Counted from the first letter of the stretch, positions 48,232 through 57,460 are shown. The stretch is 64,000 nt of DNA from Candidatus Poribacteria bacterium (GCA_028824685.1 JAPPCZ010000086.1:270339-334338), one strand, 5' to 3'. A program made the numbers and translations. The notes: generated from the letters alone by a model not told the origin.

Positions 48232-49590
48232 TTATGCCAAAAACGTTATCCCGCCAGATGCCTCTCTCCCTTGCCAGACTGCACCAGTGGGGTAGATGTG
48301 TTTCGCAATGAAATCAGGATACATTTCCAGCCCCCATCCTGATACACTCGGTGCAACATACGAACCATCACTAATCCTAATTGGATCAATAAACACTTTA
48401 TCTTGCAGAAAATTGAGATATTCCACTACTTGGGTATCTGAATGTGCTGCAACGCAGATTTGATCCCACATCGCGTAATGCTGGATCATATTACATAGAC
48501 CGATACCACCGCCATGCGGGCAGACAGGCACATTGTACTTTGCTGCCATCAGAATCACTGCCAAAACATCGTTTACACCACCAAGACGCGTTGCATCAAT
48601 CTGACAGAATTGGATAGCATCACTGGTTATCAACTGCTTGAAGATGACAGGTGACGGCACCTGTTCCCCTGCCGCAACGCCAATGTCATATTTTTTTAAT
48701 GCGCGTGCAATCTTTACAAAACCGAGGACATCGTCTCGCGCTGTCGGTTCTTCAATCCATGTCGGTTTGTATTCTGCCAGTGCCTCCATGTGAGCGATTG
48801 CTTCATCAACACCCCACACCTGATTTGCATCCACCATCAAACGTGCTTCTTCACCGATTACCTCTCTTATAAAAGCAAGTCGTTGCTTATCAAAGTCTAA
48901 ATCTTGTCCAACCTTCATCTTAAAGCAATCAAGTCCAGCTGCTTTTACCTGATTTACTGTTTCAATGATTTGTTCATCTGTTAGACCGAGCCAACCAGCA
49001 GTGGAATACGCTTTCGGTCCTTTCTGACAAAGTGCTTGTTCACGGGTTTCTCGGCTATTGCAATGCTTACTCAGGATTTCTTCTGCTTCATCGGGTGTCA
49101 ACGCATCCCGCAGATACCGCCAATCAATACACTGCACAATCTTCTCAGGTGGTAAGTCAACAAGCAGTTTCCACAGTGGTTTTTCAACCAGTTTCGCCCA
49201 CAGGTCCCACATCGCATTGACAATACTGCCAATTGCCATCCGATTAACCCCATCCGCGAGCCACCTTAATTGATGATGATCAATGAGAAGTTTATGAAAT
49301 TCGCCCGGATCGTTTACGAAGGTTTCAACACGCATCCCCGTTACAAGTTGTGCGAGGTCTTTAACCCCGTAAGCGATCCAGTCGTTTCCTGCACCAGCAG
49401 TGAAAGCAACGGAAATACCAGTGTGTCCTGTGTTCGTTTCAATAGTAGTTAGCACTGCGGAATAGTTTGGTTTCTTGTGAAATGGGTCTGAACCGAGCAG
49501 TGTATCAGATGTAGGCACGCGTAAATCTATAACATTTACATTTTCTATTTTGCAATCTGGGTGAGCAAGTTGTGTCATAGTGTTATCCAT
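48232..49590 (-). CDS. L-fuconate dehydratase-like enolase-superfamily protein
   Basis: DLRVPTS..LGSD, NAMWDLWAK, IDWRYLRDALT, FKMKVG, DANQVW, WIEEPT, CPHGGGIGLC. Confidence 0.85.
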   Translation of the reverse strand: MDNTMTQLAHPDCKIENVNVIDLRVPTSDTLLGSDPFHKKPNYSAVLTTIETNTGHTGISVAFTAGAGNDWIAYGVKDLAQLVTGMRVETFVNDPGEFHKLLIDHHQLRWLADGVNRMAIGSIVNAMWDLWAKLVEKPLWKLLVDLPPEKIVQCIDWRYLRDALTPDEAEEILSKHCNSRETREQALCQKGPKAYSTAGWLGLTDEQIIETVNQVKAAGLDCFKMKVGQDLDFDKQRLAFIREVIGEEARLMVDANQVWGVDEAIAHMEALAEYKPTWIEEPTARDDVLGFVKIARALKKYDIGVAAGEQVPSPVIFKQLITSDAIQFCQIDATRLGGVNDVLAVILMAAKYNVPVCPHGGGIGLCNMIQHYAMWDQICVAAHSDTQVVEYLNFLQDKVFIDPIRISDGSYVAPSVSGWGLEMYPDFIAKHIYPTGAVWQGREASGGITFLA

Positions 49591-49597
49591 AATTGAG

Positions 49598-49626
49598 TTG
49601 ACTCCTTTCGCTACACAGTATAAAAT
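49598..49626 (+). promoter_or_regulatory. Sigma70-type promoter immediately before the pduO-like gene
   Basis: TTGACT-N17-TAAAAT, ending 8 nt before the ATG. Confidence 0.5.
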
Positions 49627-49634
49627 AAATCACC

Positions 49635-50177
49635 ATGAAAATCTATACAAAATTTGGTGATTCTGGGGAAACAGCACTATACGGCGGTACTCGGATACCA
49701 AAGGACGCACTGCAGATTGAGGCGATTGGCACTGTAGACGAACTAAACGCCTATATCGGTTATGCACAAACATTGGTTGATGATGCTGACCTCTGCCACT
49801 TGATGGAACGTATTCAAAATCACCTTTTTTCACTCGGTGCAGACTTGGCAACGCCAGCTACACACACAAAATCTACTGAATTGCGAGTATCAGAAGATTT
49901 TACATTAGAGATGGAGAAAGCGATTGATACACTCTCTGACGAACTACCGCCGCTAACGAACTTTATTCTCCCAAGCGGTTGCCAAGCAGGTGCCGCTTTA
50001 CATGTTGCGCGAGCAGTATGTCGTAGAAGCGAGCGGTGTGTTGTGCGTCTCGCGCGCGAAGTGGACGTGAATCCAGAAATTATCCGATGCCTAAATCGAC
50101 TATCAGATTTGTTGTTTGTTTTGGCACGTGTGGTGAATCATCGTTCTGAGATGCCAGAGCCGATTTGGAAATCCTAA
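49635..50177 (+). CDS. ATP:cob(I)alamin adenosyltransferase, PduO type
   Basis: KIYTKFGDSGET, GTVDELNA, FILPSG, ARAVCRRSER, LNRLSDLLFVLAR. Confidence 0.93.
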   Translation: MKIYTKFGDSGETALYGGTRIPKDALQIEAIGTVDELNAYIGYAQTLVDDADLCHLMERIQNHLFSLGADLATPATHTKSTELRVSEDFTLEMEKAIDTLSDELPPLTNFILPSGCQAGAALHVARAVCRRSERCVVRLAREVDVNPEIIRCLNRLSDLLFVLARVVNHRSEMPEPIWKS

Positions 50178-50575
50178 GGAACGCAACGGTGGGAAAAATT
50201 ATTGAAAGCGTCATTACAAAACATTATTGGCGTGCTGTCATCTTTCTCGTGGCAATCATTTTAATCGGAGCAGGATTCTGGGGTTTGCGACGGTTTAACC
50301 CTGCCTTATTCCTCGGAAAACCCGATTTTATCGCTGTCCCCAACAAAGACCAACCGCAACAATCAGTCGAAGAAAAACCCGCACTTCTCAATATCAACAC
50401 TGCTTCTGCCGAAGAACTGGAATCACTTTCCGGTATTGGTCCACAGATGGCGAAAAGGATTATTCAATATCGTGAGGAACACGGCAATTTTGCTTCAGTT
50501 GATGCGTTGACTGAAGTAAAGGGTTTGGGAGAAAAGACATTGGAGAAGTTGAAACCTTTTATTGCCGTGGAATAA
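50165..50575 (+). CDS. ComEA-family helix-hairpin-helix DNA-binding protein
   Basis: N-terminal TM helix; LNINTASAEELESLSGIGPQMAKRII...VKGLGEKT; start uncertain (GTG at 50189 is possible). Confidence 0.88.
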   Translation: MEILRNATVGKIIESVITKHYWRAVIFLVAIILIGAGFWGLRRFNPALFLGKPDFIAVPNKDQPQQSVEEKPALLNINTASAEELESLSGIGPQMAKRIIQYREEHGNFASVDALTEVKGLGEKTLEKLKPFIAVE

Positions 50576-50597
50576 TATATTTTGTGACAAAAGAAGA

Positions 50598-50626
50598 GCA
50601 GGTAACATAAGTATTTACCTGCCTTT
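50598..50626 (+). terminator. Possible intrinsic terminator after the comEA-like gene
   Basis: GCAGGTAA-N9-TTACCTGC followed by CTTT; weak U-tract. Confidence 0.35.
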
Positions 50627-50781
50627 GATCTATTGAGGACTGTGAAAAACCAAGTTGAGATCAGATACTATAATCCTGAAATCCTGTAAATCTTGGTTCA
50701 GACAAAAACTTCACATAACTCAATTATACATTAATTGGAACGACGCTGGTTATTTTGCACATCCCACAATTACTCTCAATC

Positions 50782-51807
50782 CTACTCATCTCGTTTTCGT
50801 TTGAGTTGTGCCCACTGAAGCGTAAGTTTTCCTGCTGGCATCACAGCAAGTGCTGCATCATTTATCCAATCCGGACTGTATCCGCCCCCTGGACCTTCGG
50901 TGAGGTTTGTCAACTGTTTACTGCCAATATGATACCGATAGATATCTTTTTCATTAGTGATCATGTTCTTTGCACTCAAAACAATCTCATGTCCAGGTGC
51001 TATCCAGCACATGCTATTGACATTATACTTTTCCGGAAGTGTGATGATTTTCTGAATTTCTTTCGTGTGAAATTGATAGATCACTAATCTTTGAGCGAAT
51101 ATCTCCCGCCTGTTATTTATGAATCGGTATTCAGTTTCGCGGTATAGAATTGAATCACCGTCTGGTGACCAACGCGGCGCACCCCTTGATAAACCATCGG
51201 CGGGGACAAGCGGCTTCTGATCCCTACCATCAGCCTCCATCGTGTAGATTGTTCTGCCTTGCCCTGGTATGAGTTGTTGATAGGCAATATGTCTTCCATC
51301 GGGGGACCAGTCTGGAGCGGCTGATAAACCTCCTAACACTGCGTTGCTCGTCAGCTGCTTTACGGCGCGGCTTGCCACATCTATTACGTGAATATCAATG
51401 TGTCCGTTCCGCAGACTAACAAAGGCGATGCGTGTGCCATCAGGTGACCACGCCAGATCGCCCCCATCTTCCCTCGGGTGATCGGTCAGACGAATTTCAT
51501 AAGTGCCTTTTAGATCTTTTATGAACAGGTCAGTTTGTTCTCTATCAGTGAGTGCGATATCCACGTCTCTTGCAAAAGCGATGGCTTTTCCATCCGGCGA
51601 CCACCGCGGAGTTATCTCAAGAAACGGGGTATCTGTCAATTTCTGCATGTTACTGCCATCATCGTCCATCATATAAATACTAAAGTCAATGTCGTTGCCC
51701 CGGACGAAGACCCTCTCATGAGATGAATGAAAAAGAATCTTTGCGGATACGAGAGAGGAAAGCAAACTAAAACAGAGGCAGTAACCGATAAGTAGTTTTA
51801 CATTCAT
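50782..51807 (-). CDS. Secreted TolB-like/PD40 beta-propeller protein, copy 1
   Basis: Signal peptide; repeated P.WSPDG..IAF; C-terminal AVMPAGKLTLQWAQLK. Confidence 0.85.
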   Translation of the reverse strand: MNVKLLIGYCLCFSLLSSLVSAKILFHSSHERVFVRGNDIDFSIYMMDDDGSNMQKLTDTPFLEITPRWSPDGKAIAFARDVDIALTDREQTDLFIKDLKGTYEIRLTDHPREDGGDLAWSPDGTRIAFVSLRNGHIDIHVIDVASRAVKQLTSNAVLGGLSAAPDWSPDGRHIAYQQLIPGQGRTIYTMEADGRDQKPLVPADGLSRGAPRWSPDGDSILYRETEYRFINNRREIFAQRLVIYQFHTKEIQKIITLPEKYNVNSMCWIAPGHEIVLSAKNMITNEKDIYRYHIGSKQLTNLTEGPGGGYSPDWINDAALAVMPAGKLTLQWAQLKRKRDE

Positions 51808-51834
51808 GCTATATTGCTCCTTTTACGCTCAATC

Positions 51835-52857
51835 TTATTCATCTCGTTTTCGTTTGAGCTGCCCCCACTGAAGTGCAAGTTTTCCTGCTGGCATCACAGC
51901 AAGTGCTGCATCATTTATCCAATCCGGACTGTATCCGCCCCCTGGACCTTCGGTGAGGTTTGTCAACTGTTTACTGCCAATATGATACCGATAGATATCT
52001 TTTTCATTAGTGATCATGTTCTTTGCACTCAAAACAATCTCATGTCCAGGTGCTATCCAGCACATGCTATTGACATTATACTTTTCCGGAAGTGTGATGA
52101 TTTTCTGAATTTCTTTCGTGTGAAATTGATAGATCACTAATCTTTGAGCGAATATCTCCCGCCTGTTATTTATGAATCGGTATTCAGTTTCGCGGTATAG
52201 AATTGAATCACCGTCTGGTGACCAACGCGGCGCACCCCTTGATAAACCATCGGCGGGGACAAGCGGCTTCTGATCCCTACCATCAGCCTCCATCGTGTAG
52301 ATTGTTCTGCCTTGCCCTGGTATGAGTTGTTGATAGGCAATATGTCTTCCATCGGGGGACCAGTCTGGAGCGGCTGATAAACCTCCTAACACTGCGTTGC
52401 TCGTCAGCTGCTTTACGGCGCGGCTTGCCACATCTATTACGTGAATATCAATGTGTCCGTTCCGCAGACTAACAAAGGCGATGCGTTTGCCATCAGGCGA
52501 CCACGCGAGATCGCCCCCATCTTCCCTCGGGTGATCCGTCAGTCTAATTTCATAAGTGCCTTTTAGATCTTTTATGAACAGGTCGGTCTGTTCCCTATCG
52601 GTAAGTGCGATATCCACGTCTCTCGCAAAAGCGATGGCTTTACCATCAGGCGACCACCGCGGAGTTGTCTCGAGGAACGGCGTATCAGTTAATTTCTGCA
52701 TGTTACTGCCATCATCATCCATCATATAAATACTAAAGTCAATGTCGTTGCCCCGGACAAAGACCCTCTCATGAGATGACTCAAAGAGAATTTTTGCGGA
52801 TACGAGGGAGGAAAGCAAACCAAAACAGAGGCAGCAGATAAAAAGTTTTTGTCCCAT
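51835..52857 (-). CDS. Secreted TolB-like/PD40 beta-propeller protein, copy 2
   Basis: Nearly identical to copy 1; C-terminal AVMPAGKLALQWGQLK. Confidence 0.85.
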   Translation of the reverse strand: MGQKLFICCLCFGLLSSLVSAKILFESSHERVFVRGNDIDFSIYMMDDDGSNMQKLTDTPFLETTPRWSPDGKAIAFARDVDIALTDREQTDLFIKDLKGTYEIRLTDHPREDGGDLAWSPDGKRIAFVSLRNGHIDIHVIDVASRAVKQLTSNAVLGGLSAAPDWSPDGRHIAYQQLIPGQGRTIYTMEADGRDQKPLVPADGLSRGAPRWSPDGDSILYRETEYRFINNRREIFAQRLVIYQFHTKEIQKIITLPEKYNVNSMCWIAPGHEIVLSAKNMITNEKDIYRYHIGSKQLTNLTEGPGGGYSPDWINDAALAVMPAGKLALQWGQLKRKRDE

Positions 52858-52876
52858 ACTATATTTTTCCTTTTAG

Positions 52877-52910
52877 AAAAACGCGGCACCTCACTCGGAG
52901 ACACCGCGTT
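52877..52910 (-). terminator. Intrinsic terminator after 52927..53481
   Basis: Minus strand GCGGUGUCUC-CGAGU-GAGGUGCCGC followed by GUUUUU. Confidence 0.6.
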
Positions 52911-52926
52911 CGCTGAGAGTCTGTTC

Positions 52927-53481
52927 TTAGTTGTTAGGATCCCGCCATCGGAATTCCATTGTTTCTGACTCTATGTCCCAGGAATCCGAACCTTTTCTAC
53001 TATTTACAACAAGGCGGGTATAGCCGCCAACTTGATACCACTGATTGTGTTCTAAATTCCAATCAAGAAGGTAGTGACTTTGAAAACCACCGTCAGAGGC
53101 TTGGTGATCATTATCATCAGGATCTTCATCATACACATCCAAACTGCCGTTACCAAATCCCTTATCCTCATTTATAAGGTCTCCAGCTTCTCCCTGCACG
53201 GGATCGTATTCTGAGAGCCACTGTTTATATTCGTATTCGTAAGAACAACTTTTCTCTGCAAAGTTGTAAACATCAAAACCGTGATCTGTCAACGTCATCA
53301 CACGAAAATCATTATCGTCCCAGTAACTATACGGACTATCACTTATATAAATATAACCGTATACCTGTGGATTATTGCTACCAGCGCCACTTTTTTCTTT
53401 AGAATCAGTTGTTACCGGTGAGGTAAAACAAATCGATATTAAGAATAGCAGGGTTAGTGCAAAATTAAACAAACGTTTCAT
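52927..53481 (-). CDS. Hypothetical secreted acidic protein
   Basis: N-terminal signal-like MKRLFNFALTLLFLISICF; Asp/Tyr-rich; SD, promoter and terminator present. Confidence 0.7.
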   Translation of the reverse strand: MKRLFNFALTLLFLISICFTSPVTTDSKEKSGAGSNNPQVYGYIYISDSPYSYWDDNDFRVMTLTDHGFDVYNFAEKSCSYEYEYKQWLSEYDPVQGEAGDLINEDKGFGNGSLDVYDEDPDDNDHQASDGGFQSHYLLDWNLEHNQWYQVGGYTRLVVNSRKGSDSWDIESETMEFRWRDPNN

Positions 53482-53575
53482 TCCTAAATACTCCCTTTTA
53501 GTTAGGTGCTAACCTAATACTACACAAAATACTGATTTCATGCTAAATTAGGTTAGCAATGTCAAAATATACCTT

Positions 53576-53641
53576 TGGCAGTGTCGCGTCGATCGGTGTT
53601 CACTCCACCATCGACGCACCTATAAAAATAGGAGACTACCA
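53576..53641 (-). ncRNA. Candidate structured 5-prime leader RNA (three-way junction)
   Basis: P1 UGGUAGU/ACUGCCA enclosing P2 CCUAU-UUUU-AUAGG and P3 GCGUCGAUGGUG-GAGUGAA-CACCgAUCGACGC; lies just downstream of a strong promoter. Confidence 0.45.
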
Positions 53642-53652
53642 ATAACGTAACG

Positions 53653-53681
53653 ATTGTACCAAAACCATAAAAAGATGTCAA
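53653..53681 (-). promoter_or_regulatory. Sigma70 promoter for the leader and 52927..53481
   Basis: Minus strand TTGACA-N17-TACAAT with TG extension. Confidence 0.7.
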
Positions 53682-53729
53682 GAAAAAGTTTATTTTTTCT
53701 TTAATACATGTCTTTTTATGATCAATCCG

Positions 53730-54320
53730 CTATACCATGCCTTCTTCTGTGAAAATATGATGCACGGGAATATCCCACGGTTGCGGACATATCTTTACTA
53801 CGAGTTGTGTCTGAAATGCTATACCAATAGTAACCGCGTTCGGACAGGAAGGCAGAAAACGGTCATAAAATCCTTTGCCGTATCCGAGACGATAACCATT
53901 TGGATCAAAAGCAATGCCGGGAACTATAATGAGTTGGAGTTGATCAGGTGGGAAAATAGGACAATTCGTATTGGGTTCGAGCATGCCATAACGATGTTCA
54001 ACTAAGTCCTTTTCTAAATTTTGAACACATCTCGGTATAAGTTGACCGCTTTTCGTCCCAACAACTGGGGCGACAACCTGTCTTTCCTGATTGAAAAAGG
54101 TTTCAATTAGTTCTCGTGTTTCTACCTCACTTTTCATGCTCAAATAGACCATCACCGCATGAAAAGAACTGTTTTCCCCATTTTTTTCATTTTGCTGAAT
54201 CCATTCTATCACATGCGCCGCAATCCGTTTGCTGCACGCAGCTCGCTCCGCAAGTGGTAGGTTTTCACGCCGTTTCAATGTTTCTTCCCTGATATATTCC
54301 CGTTTTTGAGCGATCTCCAT
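53730..54320 (-). CDS. 5-formyltetrahydrofolate cyclo-ligase
   Basis: YLSMKSEVET, YGMLEP, IIVPGIAFDPNGYRLGYGKGFYDRFL, PWDIPV. Confidence 0.93.
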   Translation of the reverse strand: MEIAQKREYIREETLKRRENLPLAERAACSKRIAAHVIEWIQQNEKNGENSSFHAVMVYLSMKSEVETRELIETFFNQERQVVAPVVGTKSGQLIPRCVQNLEKDLVEHRYGMLEPNTNCPIFPPDQLQLIIVPGIAFDPNGYRLGYGKGFYDRFLPSCPNAVTIGIAFQTQLVVKICPQPWDIPVHHIFTEEGMV

Positions 54321-54329
54321 ACACGACCT

Positions 54330-55676
54330 TTATTCTTCCCATTCAATTTGATGTATATGTTTGGCAAGTGCATCACGGAAAGTAGATGGTTTCATAGAGA
54401 GTAACTTTGCCGCTCGCGTTTTATTCCCTTGTGTCTTTCGCATTGCCCAGGCAATAAGTTCACGTTCCGTGGATTTAATAATTTCGTGGAAAGAGGTCAT
54501 ACTTGGCGTATTGTCAAGTTTTTGAGATGTGGGTAGTTTTAATTCAATCGGTATTTCTTCGGTTGTAATGTCAGTCTCATTGTTGACAGCGACAAGTCGT
54601 TCTATAATATTTTCAAGTTCACTGATATTTCCTGGCCACGGATACTCAGTAAGGACGTTGATTGCATCCTGCTTCATACGGATAGCTTGATGCGGTGAGA
54701 AAATCTCCAAAAAATGGTTAATGAGCATTGGAATGTCGCCTTTTCGTTCTCGTAGTGGCGGTAGGAACAAAGGGATGACATTCAATTGATAATAGAGGTC
54801 TTCAAGAAACTCGTTACGTTTTGTTTTCTCTTTTAGATTCTCGCGGGACGTTGATATGATACGCAAATCCAGTTCAATGAGTTCAGTTTCAGACGATCCC
54901 AAAAACTTTCGTTCTTCCAATATGGCTAAGAGTTTTGCTTGCAGGTCAAGTGGAACAGTATCCACATTTGCAATGAATAGTGTGCCGTTATTCGCTAATT
55001 GTATTTTTCCTTGTCGGGATTGATCACCAAAAAGTTCTAATTCAATAGCATCGGCAGTAAGACCATAACAATTGAGGCTAACATAAGGTTGATGCTCCCG
55101 AGAACTTCGCAGATGAATTGTTTTTGCCAAGAGTGATTTACCTGTCCCCTCTTCTCCACAAATCATAACATTGCTATCAGCAGCAGCAACATTAGGTATT
55201 AATTTGAAGATTTCTTGTATTTGTTGGCTTTTTCCGATGAGTGTTTGGTAAAGAGAAGGTTCTGGGTTTGTGTCAGGTGTTTTGAGAGATGATTGTGTAT
55301 TTTCAGCAGGTGTTTTCCCCCTCAACGCTTTGAGTTTATCCAGCATAAGGATTAACTCATCACTTGAAAAAGGTTTTTTAATATAATTGTATGCCCCGAA
55401 TCTAAGTGCCTCAACAGCGGTCTCAACGCTCGCGTATGCAGTCATCACAATTACGGTTATATGTGGATGTTCTTTTTTCACTCTTTTAAGAAAATCAATC
55501 CCGTGCATCTGTGGCATCCGCAAATCGGTCACCAACACATCAAACGCCTCTTGTTGCAAAAGTTGAAGCCCAATTAATGGCGATTCGACAGCGATAGCAT
55601 CGTAATTAGATTCGCGTAAATCATCACGGAGTGTCATGCGTTTTAATTTTTCATCATCAACAACGAGGATTTTCAT
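54330..55676 (-). CDS. NtrC-family response regulator with degenerate AAA+ domain (no GAFTGA)
   Basis: Receiver VVDDE / TDLRMP / KKPF; GEEGTGKS; WPGNISELEN; Fis-type HTH GNKTRAAKLL. Confidence 0.88.
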   Translation of the reverse strand: MKILVVDDEKLKRMTLRDDLRESNYDAIAVESPLIGLQLLQQEAFDVLVTDLRMPQMHGIDFLKRVKKEHPHITVIVMTAYASVETAVEALRFGAYNYIKKPFSSDELILMLDKLKALRGKTPAENTQSSLKTPDTNPEPSLYQTLIGKSQQIQEIFKLIPNVAAADSNVMICGEEGTGKSLLAKTIHLRSSREHQPYVSLNCYGLTADAIELELFGDQSRQGKIQLANNGTLFIANVDTVPLDLQAKLLAILEERKFLGSSETELIELDLRIISTSRENLKEKTKRNEFLEDLYYQLNVIPLFLPPLRERKGDIPMLINHFLEIFSPHQAIRMKQDAINVLTEYPWPGNISELENIIERLVAVNNETDITTEEIPIELKLPTSQKLDNTPSMTSFHEIIKSTERELIAWAMRKTQGNKTRAAKLLSMKPSTFRDALAKHIHQIEWEE

Positions 55677-55685
55677 TTTGACCTC

Positions 55686-57446
55686 CTATGTTTGTTCTTG
55701 TGGAATGGGCAATTTTACTGTAAATGTTGAACCACGACCAACTTCGCTCTCTACTTCAATAACTCCTTGATGTTGTCTCACAATTCTGTCAGACACTGAA
55801 AGTCCAAGCCCAGTACCTTTTTCTGTAATTTGTGTTGTGTAAAACGGGTCAAAAATTCTGTCTTGAACGGATTTTGATATGCCGATTCCAGTGTCAATTA
55901 CTTTGACGTAAACGCTCGGTTTTCCTATCAAGGCATCTAAATTTATTTCGCCAGTTTCGAATAAAAGCCTTCCACCATCTGGCATTGCAGTAATAGCATT
56001 CAATGCGAGATTGAGGATGACCTGTTCTAAAAGATGTTTATCACCACGAATAAGTGCAATTTGATCTCGGTAGTCTTTTTCTATTTTTATACCTTTTTCG
56101 GACGCTCCATATTCTATAAGTCCAATTGTCTCATTCACAACATCATTAAGATTTACAGCAGTTAACATCAATTCATGAGGTCGAGAGAAATCGAGAAGTT
56201 TCCCAATTGTCGCTTCAATACGCCGAATGGCTTCTTCCATTAAACCGAGATATTCTTGTGTTTGTTCAATGTTTTTCGGGTTACGCTGTATACGAAGAAT
56301 GCAGTTCAATAAACCGTCAAGCGGATTGTTGATTTCATGTGCGACACCCGCCGCCAATTCACCGATAGCAGCCATTTTTTCTGAAAAAATAAGTTGCTGC
56401 TCCATCCGTTTTCGATCAGTTACATCACGCGAAACGAGAACAGTCCCAAGATAATTATCCTCGTCATCGCGAACAGCAGCATAAGTATTTTCTAAGTGTT
56501 TTTCTCCTATTTGCTGGTTTTTCCTTTCAATCGCATCTCCACCTTCGGAAAAGTCCTGTGAAATTTGAGCAAGTGTTTCAGCACTTCCAAATTGCAGATC
56601 AGGGGTCATATCTTGTTCTGATCGATCTTTCTGAATCATTTGTGCAGCTTTGTTGAAGAGGGTCGTTTGGTTAGTAGAGTCTACAAAAACAACACCCTCC
56701 TGCATACATTCAATAATAGATTGCAATTTGTTACGTTCAAACACAACCTCTTTACGAGTTTCAACAAGTTCATCAACCTTTTCTTCCAAATTCTCCTTGA
56801 GTTCCCTCGTTTCTGCTTCACGCTCTCTTGCAGTTTGCGTGATTGTGGTTGCCAAATAAACTGAAAAGAAAAGGGTACTTGTAAACACAAATAACACGCC
56901 AAAGATATAAATTGGGTCGCTCCCCAACTCATCGGGCAGAAAATTATTCAGGGGATAGTGTGGAAGAATCTCAAAATACTCAAGGAAAATGAGCGAGCTT
57001 AATAGGACAGTGTTTAGTGTAGCTAATATATAACTGACACGTTTCGATAAGATGATACTCGCGATAATTAGGTGAAAAATGAAATAGAATATAAATGGAT
57101 TTTCAACACCGCCGCTGAAATGGATGAGAGCAATCAACGACAGCAAATCAAGTATAATATGGATACACGCTTGCCGTTTGATAGACATTAGCCGTTGTTG
57201 CGCTGGTGCTTTGCGATACATCTGAGGTTCAAAGTTGTAAAGCACCATCAGGCCGGCTATGATATAAAGCGGAATGGGGTTCGCAATCATATCGTACGCT
57301 AAATTGGCAACCGTCACAGTGAAAAATACACCTCCGATTGCAATCCAACGAAGCCGCACCAACCATCCGATTTGCTTGATTAACTCCAGTTTTAACGGCA
57401 GTTCATCATCGACTGCTTTTTCCTGGAACAATTGTGTCTGTTCCAT
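55686..57446 (-). CDS. Membrane sensor histidine kinase (RegB-like TM domain, PAS, NtrB-type core)
   Basis: WLVRLRWIAIGG, SGGVENPF, AAGVAHEINNPL, NLALNA, DTGIGI, FDPFYT, GTGLGL. Confidence 0.92.
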   Translation of the reverse strand: MEQTQLFQEKAVDDELPLKLELIKQIGWLVRLRWIAIGGVFFTVTVANLAYDMIANPIPLYIIAGLMVLYNFEPQMYRKAPAQQRLMSIKRQACIHIILDLLSLIALIHFSGGVENPFIFYFIFHLIIASIILSKRVSYILATLNTVLLSSLIFLEYFEILPHYPLNNFLPDELGSDPIYIFGVLFVFTSTLFFSVYLATTITQTAREREAETRELKENLEEKVDELVETRKEVVFERNKLQSIIECMQEGVVFVDSTNQTTLFNKAAQMIQKDRSEQDMTPDLQFGSAETLAQISQDFSEGGDAIERKNQQIGEKHLENTYAAVRDDEDNYLGTVLVSRDVTDRKRMEQQLIFSEKMAAIGELAAGVAHEINNPLDGLLNCILRIQRNPKNIEQTQEYLGLMEEAIRRIEATIGKLLDFSRPHELMLTAVNLNDVVNETIGLIEYGASEKGIKIEKDYRDQIALIRGDKHLLEQVILNLALNAITAMPDGGRLLFETGEINLDALIGKPSVYVKVIDTGIGISKSVQDRIFDPFYTTQITEKGTGLGLSVSDRIVRQHQGVIEVESEVGRGSTFTVKLPIPQEQT

Positions 57447-57460
57447 ATCAGTCAGTCTCT

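Larger units (their letters stand above)
50782..52857. repeat. Tandem gene duplication, 1053-nt period
   Basis: About 50824-51433 reads identical to about 51877-52486; even shadow ORFs are duplicated (51117..51299 and 52170..52352). Confidence 0.95.

Noticed and set aside
50782-52857. Diversity-generating retroelement template/variable repeat pair
   Set aside because: Differences are mostly synonymous and not adenine-specific, whole genes are duplicated, and no reverse transcriptase is present
50782-52857. Genuine tolB of the Tol-Pal system
   Set aside because: No TolB N-terminal domain and no tolQRA or pal neighbours
53576-53641. Known riboswitch (purine, c-di-GMP, TPP, cobalamin)
   Set aside because: I could not find the conserved core nucleotides of these classes; kept only as an unknown structured leader
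54320-54330. 6S RNA upstream of 5-formyl-THF cyclo-ligase, as in many bacteria
   Set aside because: Only 9 nt separate the gene from the upstream regulator, leaving no room
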